DNA of 60,536 nucleotides from Chthoniobacterales bacterium (GTDB lineage Bacteria; Verrucomicrobiota; Verrucomicrobiia; Chthoniobacterales; UBA10450): NCBI GenBank assembly GCA_036522675.1, contig DATDFJ010000128.1, positions 1 to 60,536 of the forward strand, read 5' to 3'. Shown piece by piece: positions 53,545 to 60,536 of this stretch (position 1 is its first letter; each line of letters starts with the position of its first letter). The notes under the pieces were generated by a model. It saw only the letters and a program-made list of their open reading frames with translations, ran no database searches and was not told where the DNA came from. The position numbers and the translations under genes were made by a program.

Positions 53545-54918
53545 ATGGCACAAGAGGGCACTGCATTGAAAAATCAGAAGATTCAGCAAGCGGCGGCGCT
53601 CCTGGACGAGCAGCCGATGGCGGTGGAGCTGGCGCGAAAAATCCAGAATCGTACAGCCAAGCTCGGCGTTATCGGGTTAGGCTACGTCGGTTTGTCGCTT
53701 GCGACCGAGATGGCCAAGACATCGTTCGAAGTCACCGGTATCGATATCGACGGCCGCAAGGTGAGCTCGATCAACTCCGGAGTTTCGTACCTGCTCGACG
53801 TGCCGGCGGATACGCTTCGCTCGCTTGTCGCAAACAAGCGGCTGAAAGCGACCCAGTCTCTGGCCGCGGTGCAGAACCTCGACACCGTCAGCATATGCGT
53901 GCCGACGCCGCTCCGAAAAACGAAGGAGCCCGACCTGTCTTTTGTCATCGCGGCCGCAGAAGCCGTACGAAATCATCTGCAGCGGGGCCAGCTGATTGTC
54001 GTCGAGAGCACGACCTATCCCGGCACGACGCGTGAGCTGGTGCTGCCGATTCTCGAGAAATCCGGTCTGCGCGTCGGCACCGACTTTTTCCTCGCGTTCT
54101 CCCCCGAGCGCGTCGATCCGGGTAACACGACGCACACCAGCAGGACGATTCCGAAAGTGATCGGCGGTACCACGCTGGTATGCCGCGAGCTGGCGGCGTT
54201 ACTCTACGGGCAATTCGTCGATACGATCGTTCCGGTATCCTCAACCGAATGCGCGGAGATGGTGAAGCTGCTCGAGAACACTTTCCGCAGCGTCAATATT
54301 GCTCTAGCGAACGAGATGGCGTTGATGTGTCACAAATTCGGCGTCCGTGTCTGGGAGGTGATCGAGGCGGCGAAAAGCAAACCTTTCGGCTTCATGCCTT
54401 TCTACCCCGGCCCCGGTTTAGGCGGACATTGCATACCGGTAGATCCGTATTATCTCACCTGGAAGGCGCGATTGAACGGCTGCGACCCGCGCTTGATCGA
54501 GCTGGCCGCTCAAATCAACGACGAGATGCCCGCTTTCACCGTCTCGCGCATCGCCGACGCGTTGAACGACAGGCAGAAGAGCTTGAAGGGATCGAAAGTG
54601 GTCGGCCTGGGCGTCGCTTACAAGCGCGACACGACCGATATCCGAGAATCACCGGCGATCGAAGTTCTAAAGGGACTGGTGGAAAAGGGCGCGATAGTCC
54701 AGTACTCCGACCCCTACGTGCCGTCGATTGAATTCAATGGCAAGGTCCTGGAGTCGGTCGCCCTAAAGCCTGCGCTTCTTCGCGCCGCCGATTGTGTCGT
54801 CTTACTGACGGATCATTCCGCGTTCGATTATCAAATGATCGCAAACCACGGCCAGGTGATTGTGGATACGCGTAATGCGCTGAAATCGTTTCCGGGCGCG
54901 AATGTCTTAACGCTGTAA
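53545..54918 (+). CDS. Nucleotide-sugar 6-dehydrogenase (UDP-glucose/GDP-mannose dehydrogenase family, WbpO/TviB/WecC-like)
   Basis: KLGVIGLGYVGLSLA Rossmann motif and the catalytic-Cys block GLGGHCIPVDPYYL. Start at the ATG at 53545. Confidence 0.85.
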   Translation: MAQEGTALKNQKIQQAAALLDEQPMAVELARKIQNRTAKLGVIGLGYVGLSLATEMAKTSFEVTGIDIDGRKVSSINSGVSYLLDVPADTLRSLVANKRLKATQSLAAVQNLDTVSICVPTPLRKTKEPDLSFVIAAAEAVRNHLQRGQLIVVESTTYPGTTRELVLPILEKSGLRVGTDFFLAFSPERVDPGNTTHTSRTIPKVIGGTTLVCRELAALLYGQFVDTIVPVSSTECAEMVKLLENTFRSVNIALANEMALMCHKFGVRVWEVIEAAKSKPFGFMPFYPGPGLGGHCIPVDPYYLTWKARLNGCDPRLIELAAQINDEMPAFTVSRIADALNDRQKSLKGSKVVGLGVAYKRDTTDIRESPAIEVLKGLVEKGAIVQYSDPYVPSIEFNGKVLESVALKPALLRAADCVVLLTDHSAFDYQMIANHGQVIVDTRNALKSFPGANVLTL

Positions 54919-55052
54919 TCGTATGCCCGTGATGGTGTTTTTCCACAGACCATCGACACGAAACCGGCAAATTTGCGCAAAAAAAGGAGATTTATAATAA
55001 ATTTTTTTTGCGAGTAAAATCGGGCATTTTTGGGTAGTCGAGGGCCTTCTTT

Positions 55053-55090
55053 GGAGCCCCGGGACGTTTATCCCGGGGCTCTTTTTTTTC
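55053..55090 (+). terminator. Rho-independent terminator
   Basis: GGAGCCCCGGGA - CGTTTA - TCCCGGGGCTC is followed by T8. It lies 135 nt after the dehydrogenase stop. Confidence 0.85.
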
Positions 55091-55117
55091 AATACGGGCA
55101 ATTTTACCCGTTCGGGC

Positions 55118-55146
55118 TTGACAGCCGATACCCACTTGAGTATACA
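55118..55146 (+). promoter_or_regulatory. Sigma-70-type promoter candidate for the kinase/regulator operon
   Basis: TTGACA (55118-55123), a 17-nt spacer, then TATACA (55141-55146). It lies 32 nt upstream of the ATG at 55178. Confidence 0.5.
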
Positions 55147-55177
55147 CATCAGTTTCCTAAGCCAGCGAATCTAAATT

Positions 55178-56260
55178 ATGGAACACGTACAGACCGGCGG
55201 GGCGCCGGACTTCATGCATGCAAACCTGACGGATGGTGTTTTCGATACGCTGCCGTGTGCCGTCGTCGTCTGGAACCGTGACCACACAGCGACGGTCGTC
55301 AACCGTGCCGCGCGGGAGCTGTTCGGTTTCGAAACTGGCGAGCTCGAGGCGAATCCAGCGCTTTGGATGAGCTGCATTCATGCCGAAGACCGGGATCTCT
55401 TCCGCGTCGCCTGGAACAAGTTGATGGCCGGCGAAAAGAAAATCTCCTGCGACTATCGTTTCGTCAGAGGAGAAAAGGAGTTTTGGATCCGCGACGTCTC
55501 GGTGTCTCGCGAGGGCGACGACGGCGCCAGCGAGGGAATCATGAGCGTGTATGTCGATGTCTCCGACTTGCGCCGCGAGCGGCGCAGGGAGCGGGACGAA
55601 AGGCGCTTCGAGGAGATCGGCGACATCATCGACAGCATGGTCCACGGCATCAAGAACGACCTGCAAATCATCAGCTCGGGATTCGATCTAATGTGCTTGA
55701 CCACGGGGTCCGAAATCTCCGATTATCAGTCCCTGCTCGAAAGCATCCAGCGCATCAGCCGAACCATTCTGGAGCTCCGCGAGTTCTTCTCGCCGCCCGA
55801 GCCCAAGCTTTCGCGCGCAAGCCCGAAGGCGATTCTCGAAGAATTGGTGCGGGACACCCAAGCTAAACTGAGACGGCAGAACATCGAACTACGCGTCCGC
55901 TGCCAGGGCGCGATGCCTCTGGTGCAGCTTGATTGGAACGAGTTTCGAAAGGTCTTGGGCCAGGTGATCGAGTTCGCGGGCTTCCTGCTTCCCAACGGCG
56001 GCCAGCTCGAGTTGAAAATCGGCGTCCATGACCTCGACGGCAAGCACCAGCTCGGGCTGCAGATCAGCTGCGCATCGGCGACTTCTCTGACGGTCAAAGA
56101 AAACGACGTTTTCCGGCCCTTCCTCAAGGTCAACGGCCGGCAAGCGGGTCTCGGCATCGCGCTCGCCAGGCAGATACTCGGCCGCCAGAACGGCGATATC
56201 TCGTTTCAGAAGCCCAATCCTCGGAGAGGGTTGTTTACCATCTCGCTGCAGGCCAACTAG
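55178..56260 (+). CDS. Soluble PAS-domain sensor histidine kinase
   Basis: No TM segments. A PAS-like N-half (VVVWNRDHTATVVNRAARELFGF...DYRFVRGEKEFWIRD), the H-box MVHGIKNDLQII and the ATPase G-boxes (NGGQLELKIG, GLGIALARQIL). Confidence 0.8.
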   Translation: MEHVQTGGAPDFMHANLTDGVFDTLPCAVVVWNRDHTATVVNRAARELFGFETGELEANPALWMSCIHAEDRDLFRVAWNKLMAGEKKISCDYRFVRGEKEFWIRDVSVSREGDDGASEGIMSVYVDVSDLRRERRRERDERRFEEIGDIIDSMVHGIKNDLQIISSGFDLMCLTTGSEISDYQSLLESIQRISRTILELREFFSPPEPKLSRASPKAILEELVRDTQAKLRRQNIELRVRCQGAMPLVQLDWNEFRKVLGQVIEFAGFLLPNGGQLELKIGVHDLDGKHQLGLQISCASATSLTVKENDVFRPFLKVNGRQAGLGIALARQILGRQNGDISFQKPNPRRGLFTISLQAN

Positions 56261-56287
56261 ACGACGCGCGCGCGTCTGACGGTCGCC

Positions 56288-57844
56288 ATGGATGATCTGC
56301 AAAAAACGTTGAAGTCCCCGCAGCCGCCGGTCAACCTCAAACGAAAAAAACCCGACGAGAGCGAAAGCGAGAAGCCGGTCGCCGGCCAGCTCATTCCCAC
56401 AATCCTGGTCGTCGACGACGAGGCGATCATTCGCCAGCAGCTCGAGCGGCTGTATGTTACGACTGGGTTTAAGGTAGCCGTTTGCGCGTCCGGTGAAGAC
56501 GCCCTCAAGCGTCTGGAGGCCGAAGACATCGATTTGATCATTACGGACATCCGGCTGCCCGGAATGACGGGCATCGAGCTTACCAAGCGTGTACACGAGC
56601 TCTACGCCGACGTCCCGGTTATTGTCATCACCGGCTACGGCGATATCGGCACGGCGGTCGAAGTCCTGAAACTCGGCGCAAGCGACTACATCGTCAAGCC
56701 GTTCACCGCCGCCACCATCCAGGAGTCCACGCGCGTCGTTCTGGAGAAGGCACAGATCTTCACCGAAATACGGCACCTTCGGCGTATCCTGAAAGACCGC
56801 TGCGAGTTCGGCGGCATGCTCAGCAAGACGCCGGAGATGCACCGCGTATTCGAGATCATCCGCATGGTCTCGGATACGGATATGACCGTGCTGGTCGAAG
56901 GGGAGACCGGCACCGGCAAGGAACTCGTCGCGAGCGCGATACATTATCAGAGTCGGCGCGGCCAGGGGCCGCTCGTGACGATCAACTGCGCCGGCGTTCC
57001 GGAATCGCTGCTCGAAAGCGAGTTGTTCGGTTACGAGCGCGGGGCCTTTACCGGCGCCGATCAAGCGCGTCCGGGGAAAATCGAGCTCGCGCACACCGGC
57101 ACGCTCTTCCTCGACGAGATCGAGAGCATCTCGCTCTCGATGCAGGCCAAGCTGCTGCGCGTCCTCGAAGATCAGAAGGTGCAGCGGCTCGGCGGCGGCA
57201 AAAAGATCCACGTCGATATGCGCGTCATCGCGGCGACGAACGTGCCGCTGAAGGAGCTCGTCGCCAGCGGCCAGATGCGGACCGATTTCTACTACCGCAT
57301 CAACGTGATCCCTATTCACCTTGTTCCGCTCCGCAACCGCCGGGAAGACGTCGAGCTCCTGGTGCTCGATTTCATCCGCCATCATCCGCTCGCCGTGAGG
57401 AAGAGAATCGCCGGCGTCTCCCCGACGGCGATGAGCCGGTTGATGCAGTATCCCTGGCCAGGAAATATCCGCGAGCTGCAAAACGTACTCGAGCGTGCGA
57501 TCGTCATGACAAGCCGCCGGCTCATCGACAAAATTGAACTGCCGGACCAGCAGGCACCTCAATCCGAGTTCGAGGAGCGCGTGGTTTCCTCCGAGCTCTC
57601 GCTGCGCGACTGGATGCGCGACCAGGAAAAGGAGTACCTCGCACGTCAGTTGAAGGCGTTCGGCGGGAAAATTGGCCCCACGGCGCGTCATAGCGGCGTG
57701 GATGTCAAGACGCTCTACCGTAAAATGCGCGAGCACAACCTGGACAAGAAGGACTTTCAGTCCAAGGTCTCGGCTCAACTCCCCTCCGACAATCTCTTGA
57801 GTTCCTGGTCTACCCCACCCGATCAACCGCCCCGCGATTCCTGA
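56288..57844 (+). CDS. Sigma-54-dependent response regulator (NtrC family: REC, AAA+ and Fis-type HTH domains)
   Basis: REC (ILVVDDE...DLIITDIRLPGMTG), Walker A GETGTGKE, the GAFTGA loop (ERGAFTGA), RVIAATN, and a C-terminal HTH (ARHSGVDVKTLYRKMRE). Confidence 0.9.
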   Translation: MDDLQKTLKSPQPPVNLKRKKPDESESEKPVAGQLIPTILVVDDEAIIRQQLERLYVTTGFKVAVCASGEDALKRLEAEDIDLIITDIRLPGMTGIELTKRVHELYADVPVIVITGYGDIGTAVEVLKLGASDYIVKPFTAATIQESTRVVLEKAQIFTEIRHLRRILKDRCEFGGMLSKTPEMHRVFEIIRMVSDTDMTVLVEGETGTGKELVASAIHYQSRRGQGPLVTINCAGVPESLLESELFGYERGAFTGADQARPGKIELAHTGTLFLDEIESISLSMQAKLLRVLEDQKVQRLGGGKKIHVDMRVIAATNVPLKELVASGQMRTDFYYRINVIPIHLVPLRNRREDVELLVLDFIRHHPLAVRKRIAGVSPTAMSRLMQYPWPGNIRELQNVLERAIVMTSRRLIDKIELPDQQAPQSEFEERVVSSELSLRDWMRDQEKEYLARQLKAFGGKIGPTARHSGVDVKTLYRKMREHNLDKKDFQSKVSAQLPSDNLLSSWSTPPDQPPRDS

Positions 57845-58138
57845 TCTCGAGCAACGCACGTTCTTCTCTCCCGTTTCCTCCTGTCCTATAAGTAATCTCC
57901 GCCCAACTCGCTTTCAGCCGTTCGTAATCTGAAATACCGGCGGAGCTGCGTTGTTGTCCTGCGCGCAGAGCAATAGTTCTCGTTACGATTTCGCGGCCGG
58001 CGGGGGACGGACTGCAAACGATTCTAAAGCTTCAGGTGGTGGCGAACACACTCTACTTCGATGCTGCCGGATTTCCCGGCCGCACCGTCGGACTCGACGA
58101 ACCGCAGGCCCGTGTGTCGACGCTTTTAAAATAAAGCA

Positions 58139-59038
58139 TCATTCGCTGGCCGTCGTCGGGAAATAAAATCTGGCGTCGGTGTTGCCGAAGACAGCTTCAT
58201 TCTCGCTCGCATCGTGATAGCCCACCGGAGTGAAGTCATCCATGACCCGGTGCCATATCGCCGTCGCGAGCGATTTACGGTTGTGGGCCTTGAGCGGCTC
58301 CGGTCCGAAAACCAATCGAATGCGAAACTCCGGTAGTGTGAGCAGCCGGTAGAAGTGGCTCGCAAACGGCATATCTCCCCACCAGCAGACGGAAAGCTGC
58401 GGCGCGGGCACCTCGGCCGTCACGCTGTAGCTGAGTGTCGCATAGTATACATCGACGCTGCTTTTGACGCCGGCCTCGAATAGCGAGGATTTGAACGGCA
58501 GCACCGTTGCGCCGGGAGTGCTGGTACCTTCAGGAAAGAATACTACCGTCCGCCCCTGATCGATCGCCGCCGTCATCTCCGAGATCACGCGCGGCAGATC
58601 CCGCTTGTGCTTTCGGTCGATGAAAATCGTATCGAATAGATGGGAAAGCTTTCCCAGCACGGGCCAGCCGGCGATATCGTGTTTGGCAACGCATACCGGA
58701 TCGAGAAGCGCAGTCAATAAAATCACATCCAGGTAGCCGAGATGGTTGCTTACGAAGAGACATGGACCGCGCGGCGGAGAGCCGACGATCTCGATCCTGC
58801 CGCCCATAAGGGTGATGACCCTCAGGGCGCCGCTGTTTTTGCAAAGGTGCCTCAGCCGGGCGCAGAGCTGCGGTGATACGCGCCGCGCCGCCCGCGCGGC
58901 GATCAAAGCCGCGAGCATTGCCGTTAAGACCGCGGTAAGCCCCGCTAGACGAAAAAGCGCCCGCAGGTGACCGAGCTGCGAGCCGAGCGTTGTCCCGGCT
59001 CGCAAGAAACCCGCGTTTAAACTCGCCGATAATGCCAT
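58139..59038 (-). CDS. Lysophospholipid/lyso-aminolipid acyltransferase, PlsC family (OlsA-like)
   Basis: The H(X)4D motif FVSNHLGYLDV and the FPEGTS motif. I prefer the ATG at 59038 (GGAGGT 5 nt upstream) over the listed 59077. Confidence 0.75.
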   Translation of the reverse strand: MALSASLNAGFLRAGTTLGSQLGHLRALFRLAGLTAVLTAMLAALIAARAARRVSPQLCARLRHLCKNSGALRVITLMGGRIEIVGSPPRGPCLFVSNHLGYLDVILLTALLDPVCVAKHDIAGWPVLGKLSHLFDTIFIDRKHKRDLPRVISEMTAAIDQGRTVVFFPEGTSTPGATVLPFKSSLFEAGVKSSVDVYYATLSYSVTAEVPAPQLSVCWWGDMPFASHFYRLLTLPEFRIRLVFGPEPLKAHNRKSLATAIWHRVMDDFTPVGYHDASENEAVFGNTDARFYFPTTASE

Positions 59039-59247
59039 GTGTACCTCCACGACATTTACGAGAGTGCTGCGAGGCATTTTTCGGCAAAATAGTTACGGCG
59101 CGATTACGGCAAGGTAACGATTCGGCAGGCCCGGCACTGCGAAAGACGCTTCATCTACTGTTAAACAGTGCTTCATTTGGATTTTGATCGAGCCGATTAT
59201 GCTGTCCATAACGGCGTTCTCAGAATCTTATTGAATGGAGGGCTATC

Positions 59248-60240
59248 ATGCTCGATCTGAACTTCGAATCGCTGGCAGAACACAGGCCATTCGACGCGAC
59301 CGTGGTCGTCCCACCAATTTCCAAGCGCTGGCTCGCGGAGGAAATAGAAGAACTTCCCCCGCCCCAGAAGCTCCTAGAAAGCGGTTCTTACACAATTTTC
59401 GTTGCGCCGGCCAAGCAGATTCCAAACGTCTTGTATGAAATCGGCCGGCTGAGAGAAATTACCTTTCGTCTCGTCGGCGAGGGAACGGGTGAGAGCATCG
59501 ATCTCAGCTGGTTCGATTATCATTACCTTCACTTGTTTCTATGGAACCGCGAGGAAAACGAGCTCGTCGCCGCTTATCGCATCGGCGCGACGGACACGAT
59601 TCTGCCGCGCTACGGCCTTCCCGGTCTTTACACGAGCAATTTGTTCACCTATGAGGCCGAGCTCATCGATTATCTCAATCCCGCTCTCGAGCTCAGCCGC
59701 GCGTTCGTGCGGCAGGAATACCAGCGAGAATACGCGGCGCTGTTCCTGCTCTGGCGCGGCATCGGACGCTACCTTGTCGATAACCCGCGCTATAAGATTC
59801 TGTTCGGCGCGGTCAGCATCAGTCCGCAATACCGCTACCTCTCGCGGCAGCTGCTGCTCGCGTATTTGTGCTCAAATTACCTGCAGAGTGATTTAGCGCG
59901 CTTCGCCAAGGCGAAGAACCCGCCGCGCGCGGTCCCGCTGCCGGCGTGGGGATCGAAAAAGCTCAATATATTTTGGAAGGATATAGAAGAGCTTTCTGAA
60001 TGGATCTCCGCGATCGAGGTCGACCGCAAGGGGGCGCCAATCCTCTTGCGCCAGTATCTCCGTCTCGGGGCCAAGCTTCTGGGTTTCAACCAGGATAAGA
60101 GCTTCAGCAACGCCTGGGACGGCCTGATTCTGCTCGACCTGACCCGCTCCGACCCGAAGTTGCTGAGACGCTACATGGGCGCCAAAGGCGTCGAGCGTTT
60201 TTTTCAGTATCATCAGAGTGTATCGCCGGAAGCGGCATAA
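59248..60240 (+). CDS. GNAT-fold N-acyltransferase, OlsB-like (acyl-ACP:amino acid N-acyltransferase / hemolysin-like family)
   Basis: The block YEIGRLREITFRLVGEGTGESIDLSWFDYHYLHLFLWNREENELVAAYRIG is typical of the Acetyltransf_5/OlsB family. GGAGGG RBS. It is divergent from the PlsC-family gene. Confidence 0.65.
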   Translation: MLDLNFESLAEHRPFDATVVVPPISKRWLAEEIEELPPPQKLLESGSYTIFVAPAKQIPNVLYEIGRLREITFRLVGEGTGESIDLSWFDYHYLHLFLWNREENELVAAYRIGATDTILPRYGLPGLYTSNLFTYEAELIDYLNPALELSRAFVRQEYQREYAALFLLWRGIGRYLVDNPRYKILFGAVSISPQYRYLSRQLLLAYLCSNYLQSDLARFAKAKNPPRAVPLPAWGSKKLNIFWKDIEELSEWISAIEVDRKGAPILLRQYLRLGAKLLGFNQDKSFSNAWDGLILLDLTRSDPKLLRRYMGAKGVERFFQYHQSVSPEAA

Positions 60241-60322
60241 AATCACCCATGATTGGCCGATTTGCGGCAGCTGTTCGTCGAATCTATCGTCTGCGACTGC
60301 TCCGCCGACGAGACTTTATGCT

Positions 60323-60536
60323 TCAGTTTTGATTCTTTTCTTTGACGAACTCTTCGTAACCGGGAAAGTGGCTACGGTGGAACGCACTTAGACTTGCCTG
60401 CTGCCGCGCGCGTTCCGTGGGGTCGATTCTGCCATTGAGCAGCTCGCGCCGCTCTAGCTCGACGCGCTGCGGGTATACCTCCGCAGCATCGCGAATAAAC
60501 GCGACCTGATCCTGTGGCAGCGCATCAAGCGCACCC
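60323..60536 (-). CDS. 3-prime end of an unidentified minus-strand gene (the 5-prime part lies beyond the window)
   Basis: The open frame reads ...ALDALPQDQVAFIRDAAEVYPQRVELERRELLNGRIDPTERARQQASLSAFHRSHFPGYEEFVKEKNQN, with a stop at 60323-60325. It is not in the ORF track because no start codon lies in the window. Confidence 0.35.
   Translation of the reverse strand, partial: GALDALPQDQVAFIRDAAEVYPQRVELERRELLNGRIDPTERARQQASLSAFHRSHFPGYEEFVKEKNQN

Noticed and set aside
55889-57859. A 656-aa minus-strand ORF with an AGGAGG upstream, covering the whole response-regulator gene and part of the kinase gene.
   Set aside because: It is antisense to a protein with unmistakable REC, Walker A, GAFTGA and HTH motifs. 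Its translation is Arg/Leu/Ala-rich with no recognisable domain. Long antisense open frames are expected at this GC content.
57845-58138. The 294-bp convergent intergenic region between the regulator and the OlsA-like gene, including the listed 71-aa ORF at 57951-58166.
   Set aside because: The ORF has no RBS, no motifs, and overlaps the acyltransferase stop. Only weak 5-bp hairpins are present, so I could support neither a terminator nor an RNA gene.
1-60536. The idea that this is a PEP-CTERM/exosortase EPS locus, suggested by AsnB-like, O-antigen-ligase-like, many GT4 and sigma-54 regulator genes.
   Set aside because: There is no exosortase-like polytopic protein in the window. None of the secreted proteins ends in a PEP-CTERM motif followed by a TM segment and an Arg-rich tail. 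The kinase is soluble, unlike PrsK. The idea could still hold if those genes lie outside the window.
1-60536. A search by eye for CRISPR arrays, tRNA/rRNA genes, transposase or integrase genes and terminal inverted repeats.
   Set aside because: None was found. The only DNA-level repeats are coding domain repeats. A formal tRNAscan, Infernal or ISfinder run is still advisable.

Overview
This 60.5-kb window comes from a high-GC bacterium. I found no rRNA, tRNA, IS element or CRISPR array, so there is no taxonomic anchor. Nearly all of it is one very large, mostly plus-strand cell-envelope glycan locus (EPS, capsule or O-antigen type). In order it contains: (1) a 5-prime-truncated LamG/Ig-like surface protein. 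(2) A nucleotide-heptose sub-operon: a clavaminate-synthase/TauD-like dioxygenase, an HddC-like nucleotidyltransferase, GmhA, an HddA-like GHMP kinase and two SDR epimerases, one of them GDP-mannose-3,5-epimerase-like. It is interrupted by a cassette of carbamoyltransferase, SxtJ-like protein, DUF5989/SxtK-like protein and SGNH hydrolase. (3) A secreted copper-radical oxidase (galactose/glyoxal oxidase family) followed by a DUF1111 di-haem protein. (4) About 32 kb of assembly and decoration genes. These are 11 glycosyltransferase genes (12 GT modules), a Wzx-like flippase, a Wzy/O-antigen-ligase-like protein, two Cys1 AsnB-type amidotransferases and a second carbamoyltransferase. There are also a formyltransferase, a hexapeptide acetyltransferase, two SAM methyltransferases, a deacetylase-like protein and two alpha/alpha-type proteins of unknown role. 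(5) A minus-strand two-gene operon for secreted repeat proteins, behind a near-consensus sigma-54 promoter and a Shine-Dalgarno-sequestering leader hairpin. (6) An Sfp-type PPTase, a UDP-sugar epimerase/dehydrogenase pair and a strong intrinsic terminator. (7) A soluble PAS histidine kinase and a sigma-54 enhancer-binding response regulator. (8) A divergent OlsA/OlsB-like aminolipid acyltransferase pair. Many gene junctions overlap by 1-11 nt (ATGA, GTGA, TAATG), which indicates long translationally coupled operons. All functional calls rest on motifs read by eye from the translations. No database search was run, so family names are hypotheses at family level. I saw no initiating phosphoglycosyltransferase, Wza/Wzc exporter, ABC exporter, exosortase, aminotransferase or carrier protein in the window. 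The most unusual items are the SxtJ/SxtK-like carbamoylation cassette inside the heptose operon, the oxidase/di-haem pair, the tightly coupled AsnB-GT2-toroid-formyltransferase block, and the sigma-54 promoter with anti-SD leader driving the secreted-protein operon.
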